IMG/VR virus record: IMGVR_UViG_3300035698_013589
Location: 1-52,032 of that record
Strand: one strand, 5' to 3'
DNA length: 52,032 bases
DNA from: a virus
Taxonomy: Duplodnaviria; Heunggongvirae; Uroviricota; Caudoviricetes
The notes beneath the pieces were generated by a model, which saw nothing but the letters and a program-made list of their open reading frames with translations, had not been told where the DNA came from and ran no database searches. Below, in pieces: positions 13,801 to 20,777 of the stretch. Positions within the stretch are counted from its first letter, which is position 1, and every line of letters starts with the position of its first letter. Position numbers and translations under genes: made by a program.

Positions 13801-16800
13801 GAAAGAAATTGACCCTCTAATTTCAATATAATCTACTGGTTTATTATATGGATTAGCAATATCAATAGGTCTATCAAAATAAGTTCCGCTTGTCCCTCCA
13901 AGTGCATCAGACACAGTTACTGCAGTTCCATCTTCATAATAATATCTAACTTTCACATAAAATTGTGAATTTAAAGATGCATAAGCATAATCAACATTAC
14001 CAGTTACGCTAGTCACATAACCATCAACTTGTATTGTATCAAAAATTTTATCAGCACCATCTAATGGTATTGTTTGATAATAACTTAAATTTCTCCAACC
14101 CCAAGTATGTTCTGGTTGTATTACTCCATTCTTATACCAATCCCATTGAAATGCTGCTCCTCTATCAGTATCACTACCATTACAAGTTCCAACTAAAGTA
14201 TCGTTTGCATACACTGTTCTATCATTAGGATATATTGTAGCATTGTTTGTCCAAGGAACTAAATTATCAACTTGAAGTTCACTTGATGTTTCTGTAGCTA
14301 TTGAATAATCTTGACCATCATATGCTAAACATTCAACTTGCCAAATATCATTTTGTGTCACATTTGCATTTGGAACAGTATAAACTAAAGATTCATCTCC
14401 TTCTGGGCTTTCAGAAGAAGTGCCAGATATAAAATTTTCAACACCAAGACCTCTATCAACTGTAATATTATAATCATATGTGATATTATCACCATTAGCA
14501 TCAGTTGCATTACAATACACCAATAAATCTTGTGTGTGGTTTATTGGTACTGGTCCTAATCTAGCACTTTGAATAACAGGATATTCATTAATAAAAACTG
14601 AACTTGAATTTACATATGCTGAAGTTTCATATCCATCATCAGCTTGGCATGAAAATATATAAGTTCCCCCTGTTGTTGGATTATAAGTTGAAGTGTTTGT
14701 TTGAGTTGACACATCAAATCCATCATGTCCCCATATTACACTACCTTCATAAATAGCAAAAGTTCCTCCATAATTTGGTCCTAAACTTACATATTTTACT
14801 TGTAGAACATCACCATATAAACAATCCTCATGCACTGTTTTAGCATAAGTTAATGCCAATGCTCTTGTGCTAGCTGAACCAGTACGAGTTCCTAAAGATT
14901 CCCAATATGGTGCATATTCACCATTTTTAGCTAAACAAAATGTTTCCATCTTTGATGAACTATGAAATGAATATCTAGGAGCATATTTTATGTTAGCAAT
15001 TTCATCAGCAGGAATATTATCTGGTATTGTAAAGTTTTGATAAACAGGAACATTAATTGTACCACCACTTGTTGCTTCCCAATCTACACCTTCAGATGTT
15101 GTTGTTCCAGTTGCAACAGATACTCCATCTTTATACCATATATAATTATACTCAGCTGTGTTTGATTCAGGGTCTGTGTGTTGACAATATCCAGTAAAAA
15201 CATCTGCAATAGTTGCAACTGTTGGTGTCATAGTAACAACGGATGTTGTTGGTGCAGAATTATCAACAGTGAAAAAATATGATGTTGCTCCTAACCCATC
15301 AACATTATTATCTTCTGCTACACATTCAACATTATAATAACTATCAGGTTCAAAAAACATATTATTCATTTCTTCAACTGTTTCATTTACACCTTCAGGA
15401 ACTGAAAATTCTACTTCTATATACATATCATAAAGATAAATCCAACCATAACCATTAAAATCGCTAGGTTCAATAACCTGATACATTGTAATCTTTTCTG
15501 GAAACATACCATATTCAGCAATTAACCCTAATAATTCAGTAGTATAACCATAATACAAATATCTATCTGTTCCTGTTGTGTATAGATAATTTCTAAATAT
15601 TAATCCATAACCACTTCCTACATCAAAAAAATCTCCACATGCATCAGCATTCTCACAAATAGTAAAATTTTGTGACTCTTTTGTGTTCCAAGTTGTTATT
15701 CTTTTGGTCACATCCATTTCTGTATATGTTGAACTTCTATTCAATACAGATGATTGTAAAGATTCAATTGTTGTTCCAGCAGTATAAGTTGTTCTAGCCC
15801 TTGTATCAATGTTACCTGGGAACCCACCTTGATAAGTGTTTATAGGTTGACCATCATACATGTTTCCGTCATCAGACATATATACGTCTCCCCTATAATC
15901 AGAAGTTAAATAATGATGATACCTTGTTCCTTCTTTAATAATTCCAGTTCCATTTTTTGACAATGACCATGTTAATGTAGAATTTTCTCCTTGTGTGTTT
16001 GTTGGTTCACATAAAGCTTCAACATCATCACCACCATATTCTATACTTGGAAGTGCAAAATCATATTCATAAATACCAGCGCTTGAAACATGAACATATA
16101 ATTTATTATAATCATTTACATCTAATATTATTCCAGAAATCCATGCTTGCCCAAAATCTAAAACTTGATTAAATGATGAAAAATCTTTTGAAAATCTATA
16201 TACCGAATTAAATTCGTCATATGGTGCTGATGCTGATTCACGTTTAGCAAGTAACCAAGTATTGGTTCTGTCATCAAATAACATAGAAGAAAATAATCTT
16301 GATTGGTCAACGCTTGGTATATATGCATCTCTTCTAAAATCATGAACTAATCCAACAATTGTTCCAGTTTTTGTCATTTCATATATTTGTACACCTGTTG
16401 TTGTGTTTGCAGTATCATCCAAAACATAAAAATTATCAGAATTATCAGGATTAAATTCTATATCTAATGGGCATATTATAGTCTCTTTACCATTATGTAT
16501 TGTTGCTTCATATGCCCAACTACTACTAAATCTATGAATTTTACTTTCAGAAGCCCCACACTCAGTTGCATACCATTTACTGGCAGATGAATCGTAAAGA
16601 ACCGTTTGAAGCCTTGTTGAACTTGGTGCACCAGTTGGAGTAATAGTATCTACATATGTAAAATTCTCATCATATCTTTTAATTGTTGTTGTATACCCAA
16701 CAACATAATAATAAGGTGCTTCCCAGTGCATGTTTCCTGCCCACGATAATGATGGGTTAACTACAAATGTTCCAGAAGATGTTGTAGGTTCTAATGGTGT

Positions 16801-17682
16801 TGAAGAATCATCTAGTAAAAAAACTTCGCTAACAGTTGAATTTAAATTAACTGTTGATACTGTACTATTTGCTGAACCTAAATAATTTCCAGTTACATCA
16901 TAACCACTACATTCTAATTTAAATTGGTCTCCAGGATATGTCATATCATTAACAATAACAGGCACAGTTGTTCCGTTTGCATCACCAGCTCTTGTCATTG
17001 TGAAACCCCACATTTCATATAACCTAGCTTCGCTTGAAAAACCATTATATATTAATAATACCATATTATTATCCTCAAACCAACAATTAGAAGGAATTAT
17101 TAAAGTTTCATTTTCTATTGCGCCAGTAGAAATAAATTGTGTAATTGATTGTATTTGTGACATATCTGTTGCACTCTTTATACAATAAAAACCCAGTTGT
17201 CCACTACTAAATGGAGGAGACCCAGTTGTTTGATAAAGAAACTCAAGTTCTATAGAATCAAAACTATCAACATCATCAATAACATAATCCATTGTTAAAT
17301 TATAATATGTATAATAATTACCACTTGGCCAGCTTGTATATGTGCTAGGGTTTCCATCATAACAATTGGTTGGGTTTGCTGGAAGACCATCTAATCCTGG
17401 ATATTCCCAATAATTATTTACTCCAAATGTTTGTGGGTTCCATGAATCCCCGCTTTCAGAAACAACAGAAGAACCTTCATACAATTTCCAATCAAACATA
17501 ATATCATCGCCTTCTGGGTCTTCAACATAACAATTACCAATTACTTCTTGGCCATTAATAATATTAGGTGATGGGTCAATTGTAGAAATTGGGGCTGCAA
17601 AAACAGAAGTAGTTAGGACTATAAACAACATCAACATTAAGAAACTTCTAACATATTGTTTATTCTTCATAAAGAGCCCCAT
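1798..17682 (-). CDS. Giant secreted, membrane-anchored adhesin/receptor-binding glycoprotein with Ig-like repeats
   Basis: 5294 aa; N-terminal signal peptide; about 26 Cys-paired ~95-aa repeats (manual count: C-x-x-x-D...WY-x-x-G...C-R-x-x-D...W-x-N-S-S/T); two beta-propeller-like regions; many N-x-S/T sequons; C-terminal multi-TM anchor. Confidence 0.85.
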   Translation of the reverse strand: MGLFMKNKQYVRSFLMLMLFIVLTTSVFAAPISTIDPSPNIINGQEVIGNCYVEDPEGDDIMFDWKLYEGSSVVSESGDSWNPQTFGVNNYWEYPGLDGLPANPTNCYDGNPSTYTSWPSGNYYTYYNLTMDYVIDDVDSFDSIELEFLYQTTGSPPFSSGQLGFYCIKSATDMSQIQSITQFISTGAIENETLIIPSNCWFEDNNMVLLIYNGFSSEARLYEMWGFTMTRAGDANGTTVPVIVNDMTYPGDQFKLECSGYDVTGNYLGSANSTVSTVNLNSTVSEVFLLDDSSTPLEPTTSSGTFVVNPSLSWAGNMHWEAPYYYVVGYTTTIKRYDENFTYVDTITPTGAPSSTRLQTVLYDSSASKWYATECGASESKIHRFSSSWAYEATIHNGKETIICPLDIEFNPDNSDNFYVLDDTANTTTGVQIYEMTKTGTIVGLVHDFRRDAYIPSVDQSRLFSSMLFDDRTNTWLLAKRESASAPYDEFNSVYRFSKDFSSFNQVLDFGQAWISGIILDVNDYNKLYVHVSSAGIYEYDFALPSIEYGGDDVEALCEPTNTQGENSTLTWSLSKNGTGIIKEGTRYHHYLTSDYRGDVYMSDDGNMYDGQPINTYQGGFPGNIDTRARTTYTAGTTIESLQSSVLNRSSTYTEMDVTKRITTWNTKESQNFTICENADACGDFFDVGSGYGLIFRNYLYTTGTDRYLYYGYTTELLGLIAEYGMFPEKITMYQVIEPSDFNGYGWIYLYDMYIEVEFSVPEGVNETVEEMNNMFFEPDSYYNVECVAEDNNVDGLGATSYFFTVDNSAPTTSVVTMTPTVATIADVFTGYCQHTDPESNTAEYNYIWYKDGVSVATGTTTSEGVDWEATSGGTINVPVYQNFTIPDNIPADEIANIKYAPRYSFHSSSKMETFCLAKNGEYAPYWESLGTRTGSASTRALALTYAKTVHEDCLYGDVLQVKYVSLGPNYGGTFAIYEGSVIWGHDGFDVSTQTNTSTYNPTTGGTYIFSCQADDGYETSAYVNSSSVFINEYPVIQSARLGPVPINHTQDLLVYCNATDANGDNITYDYNITVDRGLGVENFISGTSSESPEGDESLVYTVPNANVTQNDIWQVECLAYDGQDYSIATETSSELQVDNLVPWTNNATIYPNDRTVYANDTLVGTCNGSDTDRGAAFQWDWYKNGVIQPEHTWGWRNLSYYQTIPLDGADKIFDTIQVDGYVTSVTGNVDYAYASLNSQFYVKVRYYYEDGTAVTVSDALGGTSGTYFDRPIDIANPYNKPVDYIEIRGSISFWAGGTISIEWLDIEGSAIQLNNEDGNVYNITEEYLFAGDTWILECRAYDADSEATTAINSTGVYIDTNAPTSTARIEDLPFNNEPAENDDLIGYCTYADVDELETINATWTWYKDDVAQYNGQYPYNYTVDFEVERNVANVSNTVISGSEDWRLECNITDGIASATDNANRTILNNYRPVYQSVTTSGDPGASEDISGYCNFTDEDGGNLDYNWAWYLANETYWQEDADSYSHTYTYHYLNYTKPPEADIIFTNWKVKHGTYGEYDIPMITAQDCWDADNDTLMMRMYSNALAYTAEMQCYNGTGWVEIGYSTTSGVYNPSFTEATYKITDGDWATGAQCKSNGCYDNLNIPESEIYEDAMLWGYANYTLITSGTTTAAEGSNPNVANLSSSYYTRDNKIKLECYADDNQIDSHPINSSFATVQNTVPVLENTNLYLLNGNPQATTQDDLYVNFTTTDGDGDPLSVYVTWLNGTYDTILETTPGSFTVITPDEYLDANWKTSGNGDTTGEPGRDGNLNTYAGSGYTTNGIIYMNYTKPVNTFNATWFVKHGEYSNGYLVRYANNTLPTECLEAYEDKVVLYITAADLDTSAYTKMYCHNGTDWNNVYSFTDSFGSYPENGVGAWRFYEEWMTFEVSAGLSSTYTWKGTYYANVTAYDGTDLGNTILTEAFEVINSPPDFTSGVVEIQYDDPTPVTGTVLEGVCQAFDEIDADDVRYFWKWYLNGVEHSEGNTTYYTQGVAVNVNNITETVGGQEWLLSCQGYGGNYTEWVNGTSIEIENTAPIVNSTTILPSALYSNTTVEGYCNATDVDESVVRFNYKWYIDGTLNETGSVGSYWASDSDVVSGLTDVGFHSAPTTFQDSEGLKLIIGEDNGAWNGYLWNGTDWNTDSNVILGLTNIGANPKPSVFYDNGTLKMVVGESQDGHFNGFSWNGTQWNVDTSVVSGLSNTGGYSAPAVFVDGDTIKLISGTQGGGFIGYQWSGSTWVSNSSLVSGLTSGAHSTPTVFWYGGKWHLVSGENSIIKGFYWDGSQWISDSNIGSSISNPGNAKPHVFVYQTNLYSITGALNGNLYGYSLNAYEEGSDVNVNSLSSTITQNGDSIIFSCQGTDFFEASEWVNSSFKTVNNIAPVMISSSITPDPAYTNNTLIGNCTGTDTDTTDILTYEYQWYVEGVIDATTQNLSNNNFVNYDDVILSCRIYDQQVYSDWLNSTTLTISNYNPVLQNVDITPDPAYTYDDLDGECIVSDADTNDVLTAEYEWFVEGASVATGVTGEYCYQETATTSTSCGGLDTGNYNHYGESTFFIEANTWDGDFDTYAENTQTARAYVEVNYTKPAGAVSAKWLVKLGDADVKTVNDTLPQDCWDANEDVIQLRYDVGATVSQAKAHCYNGTTWVLYTDVGNAGFNYRFYEESIYWEMGIVLDSSEFENFEDVILSCRGYDQTTYTTWINSSTLTITNTIPVTDTSSILPDPAYTNDTLLGTCTGSDTDTADTLSYEYQWYVEGIVDATTQNLPSTNFINFDDVILGCRVYDQTSYGDWLNSSTLTITNTAPVMTSSVVIPDPAFEDDTLELLCNGTDVDTGDSLFYGRNWYVNGADIGQSGQTLTTAYFGNGDSVIGSCRVYDTYVYSSWLNSTALVVSNTDPVVNDVEITPDPAYTNDTLIGNCNITDLDLDTLTYEYQWYVEGVANATTQNLTSTNFVNFDDVIFSCRGYDQSDYTDWINSSTLTISNTIPVTDTSTLAPDPAYEDDTLNITCVGTDTDSNDALTYEYQWYVNGGVSQTTQTLANTFFASSDSVIGSCRVYDQTAYGSWVNSSTLNIANTAPITQTSSFTPDPAYTDDTLIGNCTGTDIDVGDTLTYEYQWYVEGVANATTQNLTSDNFVNFDEVLLSCRIYDQSSYGDWMNSSALNISNTDPVTQTSTLAPIPAYTDDDLNITCVATDTDSNDALTYEYEWFVEGVSVGTSQTLGNANFDNFEDVIGSCRVYDQTTYGVWINSSTLTITNTIPVTDTSSILPDPAYTNDTLLGTCTGSDTDTADTLSYEYQWYVEGVANATTQNLAASNFINFDDVILSCRVYDQTSYGSWLNSSTLTITNTAPVMTSSEIIPDPAFEDDTLELLCNGTDVDTGDSLFYGRNWYVNGAAIGQTGQTLTTAYFSSGDSVIGSCRAYDTYEYSSWLNSTAVGVSNTAPVTQASIVSPDPAYTNDTLEGYCNVTDLDDDYLTISYNWYVEGVSVKSFSAPGLCYQEQANISTECGGLDTGSYGREGTECCGGADDGGYDGNYNSRVQPAFGQTAYYYMNYTLPAALDQNGDTKWRVKSCYREDFFDVPSSCFNSGQFIGRIESISNNGARGDCYNTSGQWERIADGGSPYYFSCGFFHEEAMYWDVGEIGVIDTLSSNYFDNFEDVEFECRASDGTEYSSWVNSTALTITNTLPIIQSSTLAPIPAYTDNDLNITCLATDTDSNDVITYEYEWFVEAVSVGTSQTLGNTNFDNFEDVIGSCRGHDGTVYTSWINSSTLTITNTIPVTDTSSILPDPAYTNDTLLGTCTGSDTDSGDTLSYEYQWYVEGVADATTQNLPSTNFVNFDDVILGCRVYDQVAYGDWLNSSTLTITNTLPIIQSSDINPDPAAANDTLVATCVATDVDSNDVITYEYDWFVNDVSTGTSSTLGPSNFVNSDVIILGCRGHDGTVYTSWLNSSSLTIDNTQPVMQTATLAPGTIYTDTQVTATCVGTDTDGNDVLSYEYTWYVDGATVGAPDQSTLATSYFIHFKDVSVGCRVWDGALYSEPLNSSASEVQNRIPTVDVISFTGIYSEDTLSATCDTSDIDTDSLTESYKWYVNGADIGQTGITLAKNYSDIGDDVIFSCRVHDGYDYSAWSNSSTTEILNHGITTYSNLVDDSDATTEIGSTVNFDADVDLYDTVDTCTLYVQPTTASSPFDTEVMTTTGTTNITAEYALLLDGTYTAAYDNITWWIGCIDTSGNFGNSTLQSLGIGEIGDYTEPEIEVNTSISTILVNGTVVDNIINNIINVSTTFADANLFQASVDITCDISGQVYYWEILDINTTTYEFSELIDLTGYPVQRCVVTFSSSDDHTAEEIPDYEYEVESDKLVYETENGLTVSIESEDITNSIKTNKLTDRYNFEFEYDDSKLIRKYVVESDGILYPRDDTIYPGHFVAWNPETHTGNWIDFALENSEDFIYITNKIDDNTYEIILAHKSLSEPDRKDFSKKKDKSLLGAISDIFTGEEALDDTKIKETKRKDFNKNRKLTSKEVEDAISIKVKSEKEIKDLEKEYGIGKIKFNSIGGTNIVEVSTYYYIGGVFNITSNNRYTGNSFTGYTVNIDKTDAPTSSDSQFFNVTSQNYVENIIAGEYDVELTHPHYVPIEYTVTMEAQYAECEQESADVATACGGLATGNYGFSDVTDLSNSSNLFDGDINTFAEVISFNTTYIYANYTIPANVTFAGWEVTAFGLSASVEIPLDTLNKSVLQLRIAADDGAGNNYINLQEYNGSDWLDLSYTPLQVYNSQIFEEKMTWYTQIPNQIDLPFNSSESVITFIYNNINTENPVDDYMLSLLNTNTSTTTVYNITDGSAGLTLPLDAGITYNMTFSKDGYNNQSESYVFDYQEVSTQNVYLTYYAYFTILDEATRQPFDFSAPLSAELLIKCDDYTTNTHDLINISNGTTSVVIDCNYETFKFFLTYAGGTSYYRTLIVDYETSINGTYYLIALDVTPFVYGSFIIDDLLGLYENPSIYIKKSIPGGAVDIQSDYTDIENKVGYYLIENNEYIVEVHSDNQPIQIIGTYSADIGGEKVISMYDINLDSEPEGFYNGVRYTIDAINYSGQPSVMFSYVDDDNLTESLQFRVYADNLEGTLIYESPVYTTVQELGAIYVPIAGYENRTLVGSIEIIHDEVGTKTVSKLVNKEWGLDLGIQDHVSPDFLNWFFIILLSVVAIYASMNTNMAALGVTGLALLFVLFGWFGLSASVLALAILIAVLDALAKGGGRK
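6010..9470. repeat. Intragenic near-identical duplications in the adhesin gene
   Basis: ~7383-7830 matches ~9021-9468 (offset 1638 nt); ~6010-6270 matches ~7567-7830 (offset 1557 nt). Confidence 0.9.
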
Positions 17683-17687
17683 TATAG

Positions 17688-17723
17688 ATATATAAATACA
17701 CTAACTCATTTATATATATATTT
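17688..17723 (-). promoter_or_regulatory. Putative late promoter of the adhesin operon, within a 10-bp inverted repeat
   Basis: 17704-17723 is identical over 20 bp to 26904-26923; ATATATAAAT-N10-ATTTATATAT at 17688-17717. Confidence 0.65.
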
Positions 17724-20070
17724 AATATCTTCTCTTTTTGTAAGGCCCTCTACGATATACATGCTCACCTGCAGTTTCTGCAAGATATTTAGCATACTGT
17801 GGGTCTACTTGAGCAACTTCACCTGGAGAAACATTGTTCCAACTTCGTTGTTGTTGAACTGGCGGTGAATATTGTTGTGGATATTGTTGAGGCTGTGGTG
17901 CAAATTGTGGTTGTTGCACTGGTTGTCTATAAACTGGTTGAGGTGTTTGTTGTGGTTGTTGTTGCATAACTTCTTGTTGTTCTGCTTCTACCTTCATAAC
18001 ATCCTCTGGGGTTTTGTTTGAAATGCTTTCATTTACTTTTTGTGCAAATGATTTTGTTTGTGTAGGTAAACCTACAGAATCTGAAACTTTATTTCCAAAT
18101 GCTGGTGATTGAGTCATTCCTCCAGACATAGCAGACATGTGTTGTAAATTACCTTGAACTCCACCAATTAATGCTGAAACATTCTGTGCTGAGTGTTCTC
18201 CAACAGTTCCAACTTTAGAACCTAAGTCGGCAGGTTTATTCCCACCACCAATTAAACTACCAATCATGTTTTGACCAGATTTAAGTTTAGCTTCCCATAA
18301 AGCTCTATCGTTCTTACCTTCTTCAGCTCTAAATCTAGCACCAGCTAGTTTCATTGCATTTTCTTCTTTAGTTTTCATAAAGTCTAATTTAGCATCTTCT
18401 TGATGTATGCCTCTTAATTCTTTACGTTTTGTATAAGCGATATTTTCAGCATCTCTATCTTGTTGATACAAGAATTGTTGATATGTTAAATCATCTTTAA
18501 ACTGTCCTGCAGCTTGAGCTTCTCTGAATTTTGCTCTTGTTAAATTTAATTCTTTACCGAATCTGTCTTTAGCAAAGTCTAATGTTTTAAGACCTAAAGA
18601 TGTTTTAATAGTTTGTTGTCTTTTCTTTTCAGCTTCACTAGCTTCCCATTTTTGTTTTTCAAAACCAAACTTTTCTTCTGCTCTTTGTTGTTTGTTTTCT
18701 TCTTGGGTTGAATCTAATGAAGACTTTTGAAAATCTGTTTGATTTTTATTTAGTTGTTTTAATAACGCAACATAATTGTTTCTTGTTGTAGTGCTCTTTG
18801 CTGTTGTTATACCGTCTTGAGCGAACTTGATTTGTTCTTCAAAATCATATCCTTTAAAAACTTCTTTATCTTGTTCATCAACTTTACCGTCATTATTTAA
18901 ATCTGCAAAATTATTAGTTTGTGCTCCTGTTAAATTTCCTGCATCCTGGAAATTACCCATTTGATATTCTTGTTGAGTTTGTGCAGTAGCTGAATCAGGT
19001 GTCATCTTTGGACCTGGTGTTTCATTCTCAAGTACAAATGAAGGTGTTGCAGTTTTTGGGTCTAAAGGCCCTTTAACTCTATCATCACCATAAATATATT
19101 TGTTTGGGTCGTGTTGTTCTCCTTGTTTAAATTTATTTAATGGGTTACAATCAAACATATTAAGAACTCTATCTCCATCATAATCCCCAAACATTGGAAG
19201 ACCGTGTTGTTGTTTCATTCTTTTTCTTGCGTCTCTTTCAGGATTACCAAACATATTGAACATCTTTCCGTTTCTAACATTCATTCCTGGCATTGATTTT
19301 AAAGGTGCAAATGCGCTATTGATTTTTTTAAGTGCATCATTTTTTCCTTGTCTAGCAAGATTTGCTGTTTTGTTAGCAGTGTTACCGAAAGCTTTCGCTA
19401 TCTGTTTATTTGCAGAAAATCCACCAAAGGCTTTATTTCCGAATCCTGTATATTTATTAATATCAAAAGGTGATTTAGTTGAAGGTGTTTTGAATAAACT
19501 ATCTGCTTTATTTACAAGTGCTTTGGAAGAATGTTTGGAAGGGTTGTTTAGCATTTTGTTTACCATATCAGTACCTTTTTTGTTTCCACCACTATTTCCA
19601 ATATAGCTATCTATATTGAATTTCTTGGATTTGTTTCCTGATAAGATGTTATTAATCTTATCCGCAGAAGAACCAGAAGTTCCACCACCTAACATTGAGC
19701 TTACTTTATCTGCAGCACTTCCAGAGCCAGCAAACATAGTACCTATTTTATTTTCAGTATTAATTTCTTCTTCCATTGTATTAGCACCTTTCCCCGTGAG
19801 CATATTCACCTTTTGTGTATAACCGTAAGTCCCTCCTAATTCTGGTAATTTTCCATGCAAAAACCTAGCAGCATTTTCACCACCCATTATTTTTTCATTA
19901 AAATTTATTGGTTGTGTTGCACGCAAAAGACCATCCTGTTCTAAGGCCATTTGTTGTTGTTGTAATTGTTGTTGTTGTTCAAAACTTTCCATCTGCATCT
20001 GTTCAAGACTAGGTTTCTCTAATCCTAATACGTTTCCTCTAAAAATGCTTGATGCGCTATTTTGAATCAT
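17722..20070 (-). CDS. Low-complexity Q/K/N-rich putative virion protein with one DxDGD...DCxPxN motif and a coiled coil
   Basis: 782 aa; DYDGDRVLNMFDCNPLNKFKQG; EF-hand-like DLNNDGKVD; Q/P-rich C-terminus; GGAG RBS. Confidence 0.75.
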   Translation of the reverse strand: MIQNSASSIFRGNVLGLEKPSLEQMQMESFEQQQQLQQQQMALEQDGLLRATQPINFNEKIMGGENAARFLHGKLPELGGTYGYTQKVNMLTGKGANTMEEEINTENKIGTMFAGSGSAADKVSSMLGGGTSGSSADKINNILSGNKSKKFNIDSYIGNSGGNKKGTDMVNKMLNNPSKHSSKALVNKADSLFKTPSTKSPFDINKYTGFGNKAFGGFSANKQIAKAFGNTANKTANLARQGKNDALKKINSAFAPLKSMPGMNVRNGKMFNMFGNPERDARKRMKQQHGLPMFGDYDGDRVLNMFDCNPLNKFKQGEQHDPNKYIYGDDRVKGPLDPKTATPSFVLENETPGPKMTPDSATAQTQQEYQMGNFQDAGNLTGAQTNNFADLNNDGKVDEQDKEVFKGYDFEEQIKFAQDGITTAKSTTTRNNYVALLKQLNKNQTDFQKSSLDSTQEENKQQRAEEKFGFEKQKWEASEAEKKRQQTIKTSLGLKTLDFAKDRFGKELNLTRAKFREAQAAGQFKDDLTYQQFLYQQDRDAENIAYTKRKELRGIHQEDAKLDFMKTKEENAMKLAGARFRAEEGKNDRALWEAKLKSGQNMIGSLIGGGNKPADLGSKVGTVGEHSAQNVSALIGGVQGNLQHMSAMSGGMTQSPAFGNKVSDSVGLPTQTKSFAQKVNESISNKTPEDVMKVEAEQQEVMQQQPQQTPQPVYRQPVQQPQFAPQPQQYPQQYSPPVQQQRSWNNVSPGEVAQVDPQYAKYLAETAGEHVYRRGPYKKRRY
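19120..19185 (-). repeat. Conserved tag motif copy (DYDGDRVLNMFDCNPLNKFKQG)
   Basis: Aligns with five copies in the 1146-aa and 659-aa proteins. Confidence 0.75.
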
Positions 20071-20086
20071 TGTTTAATCTCCATGG

Positions 20087-20398
20087 TCAGAAATAATCTG
20101 ACTCCCTTTCTTTTCGCCATGCGGCTATCAACATGTATATAACCACCAGGAAAAATAATATGAATGGTAACGTATGAAAAAAATCCATGTATTTATCAAT
20201 ACTTGCGTGGATTTGTGTACTTGTTGCTGAATCTAACTGTGCGCCCATTGCTGTGCTGTTATCAGTTAAATCTTTGATTACAGGTACTAAATGTGCATCA
20301 AACACTTGCGTGAATGTTATGTACAAAATACCTAAACCGAACAATGTCACAAGTCCAAACACCCATGTAAATCCTGTTGAATATCCTTTCTTGTCCAT
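20087..20398 (-). CDS. Two-helix membrane protein, possible minor capsid/MCP paralog
   Basis: 103 aa; MDKKG followed by a hydrophobic helix, polar loop with NST sequon, second hydrophobic helix, basic tail. Confidence 0.6.
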   Translation of the reverse strand: MDKKGYSTGFTWVFGLVTLFGLGILYITFTQVFDAHLVPVIKDLTDNSTAMGAQLDSATSTQIHASIDKYMDFFHTLPFILFFLVVIYMLIAAWRKERESDYF

Positions 20399-20423
20399 CT
20401 TATTATACCTTTATGTTTAACTG

Positions 20424-20439
20424 GTTTATATATATATTT
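20424..20439 (-). promoter_or_regulatory. Putative late promoter (AAATATATATATAAAC), leaderless spacing
   Basis: Motif ends ~26 nt upstream of the ATG at 20398. Confidence 0.55.
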
Positions 20440-20460
20440 CTATTATCTGATGTTATAACC

Positions 20461-20763
20461 TCAAAAATATGCTGCTGGATTACTCATAGGAGTTCCTTTT
20501 TTAACTGGTTGTTTTTTAACAACTGGTTTTTTTGTGGTTTTTTGTTCTGGCATAATACTCATACCAACAGCTGCCAAATTTCCAACTGCTGCTAATCCTA
20601 AAGCTGCATTACTAGCATTTACTGCTGGTTGTGCTGCTGGATTTCCTGCTCCCATTGCGCCTATTACTGTACTACCAACACCTGTAACTATTCCTAATTT
20701 CATAGTGCCAGTTGCTCCAGACATTAATTTTTTTTGATGTGCTGATAATTCTTTTTCATTCAT
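20461..20763 (-). CDS. Small Gly/Ala-rich hydrophobic protein with basic tail
   Basis: 100 aa; two G/A-rich helices, then a KKPVVKK tail; GAGGT RBS. Confidence 0.65.
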   Translation of the reverse strand: MNEKELSAHQKKLMSGATGTMKLGIVTGVGSTVIGAMGAGNPAAQPAVNASNAALGLAAVGNLAAVGMSIMPEQKTTKKPVVKKQPVKKGTPMSNPAAYF

Positions 20764-20777
20764 TTTTAAAACCTCAT

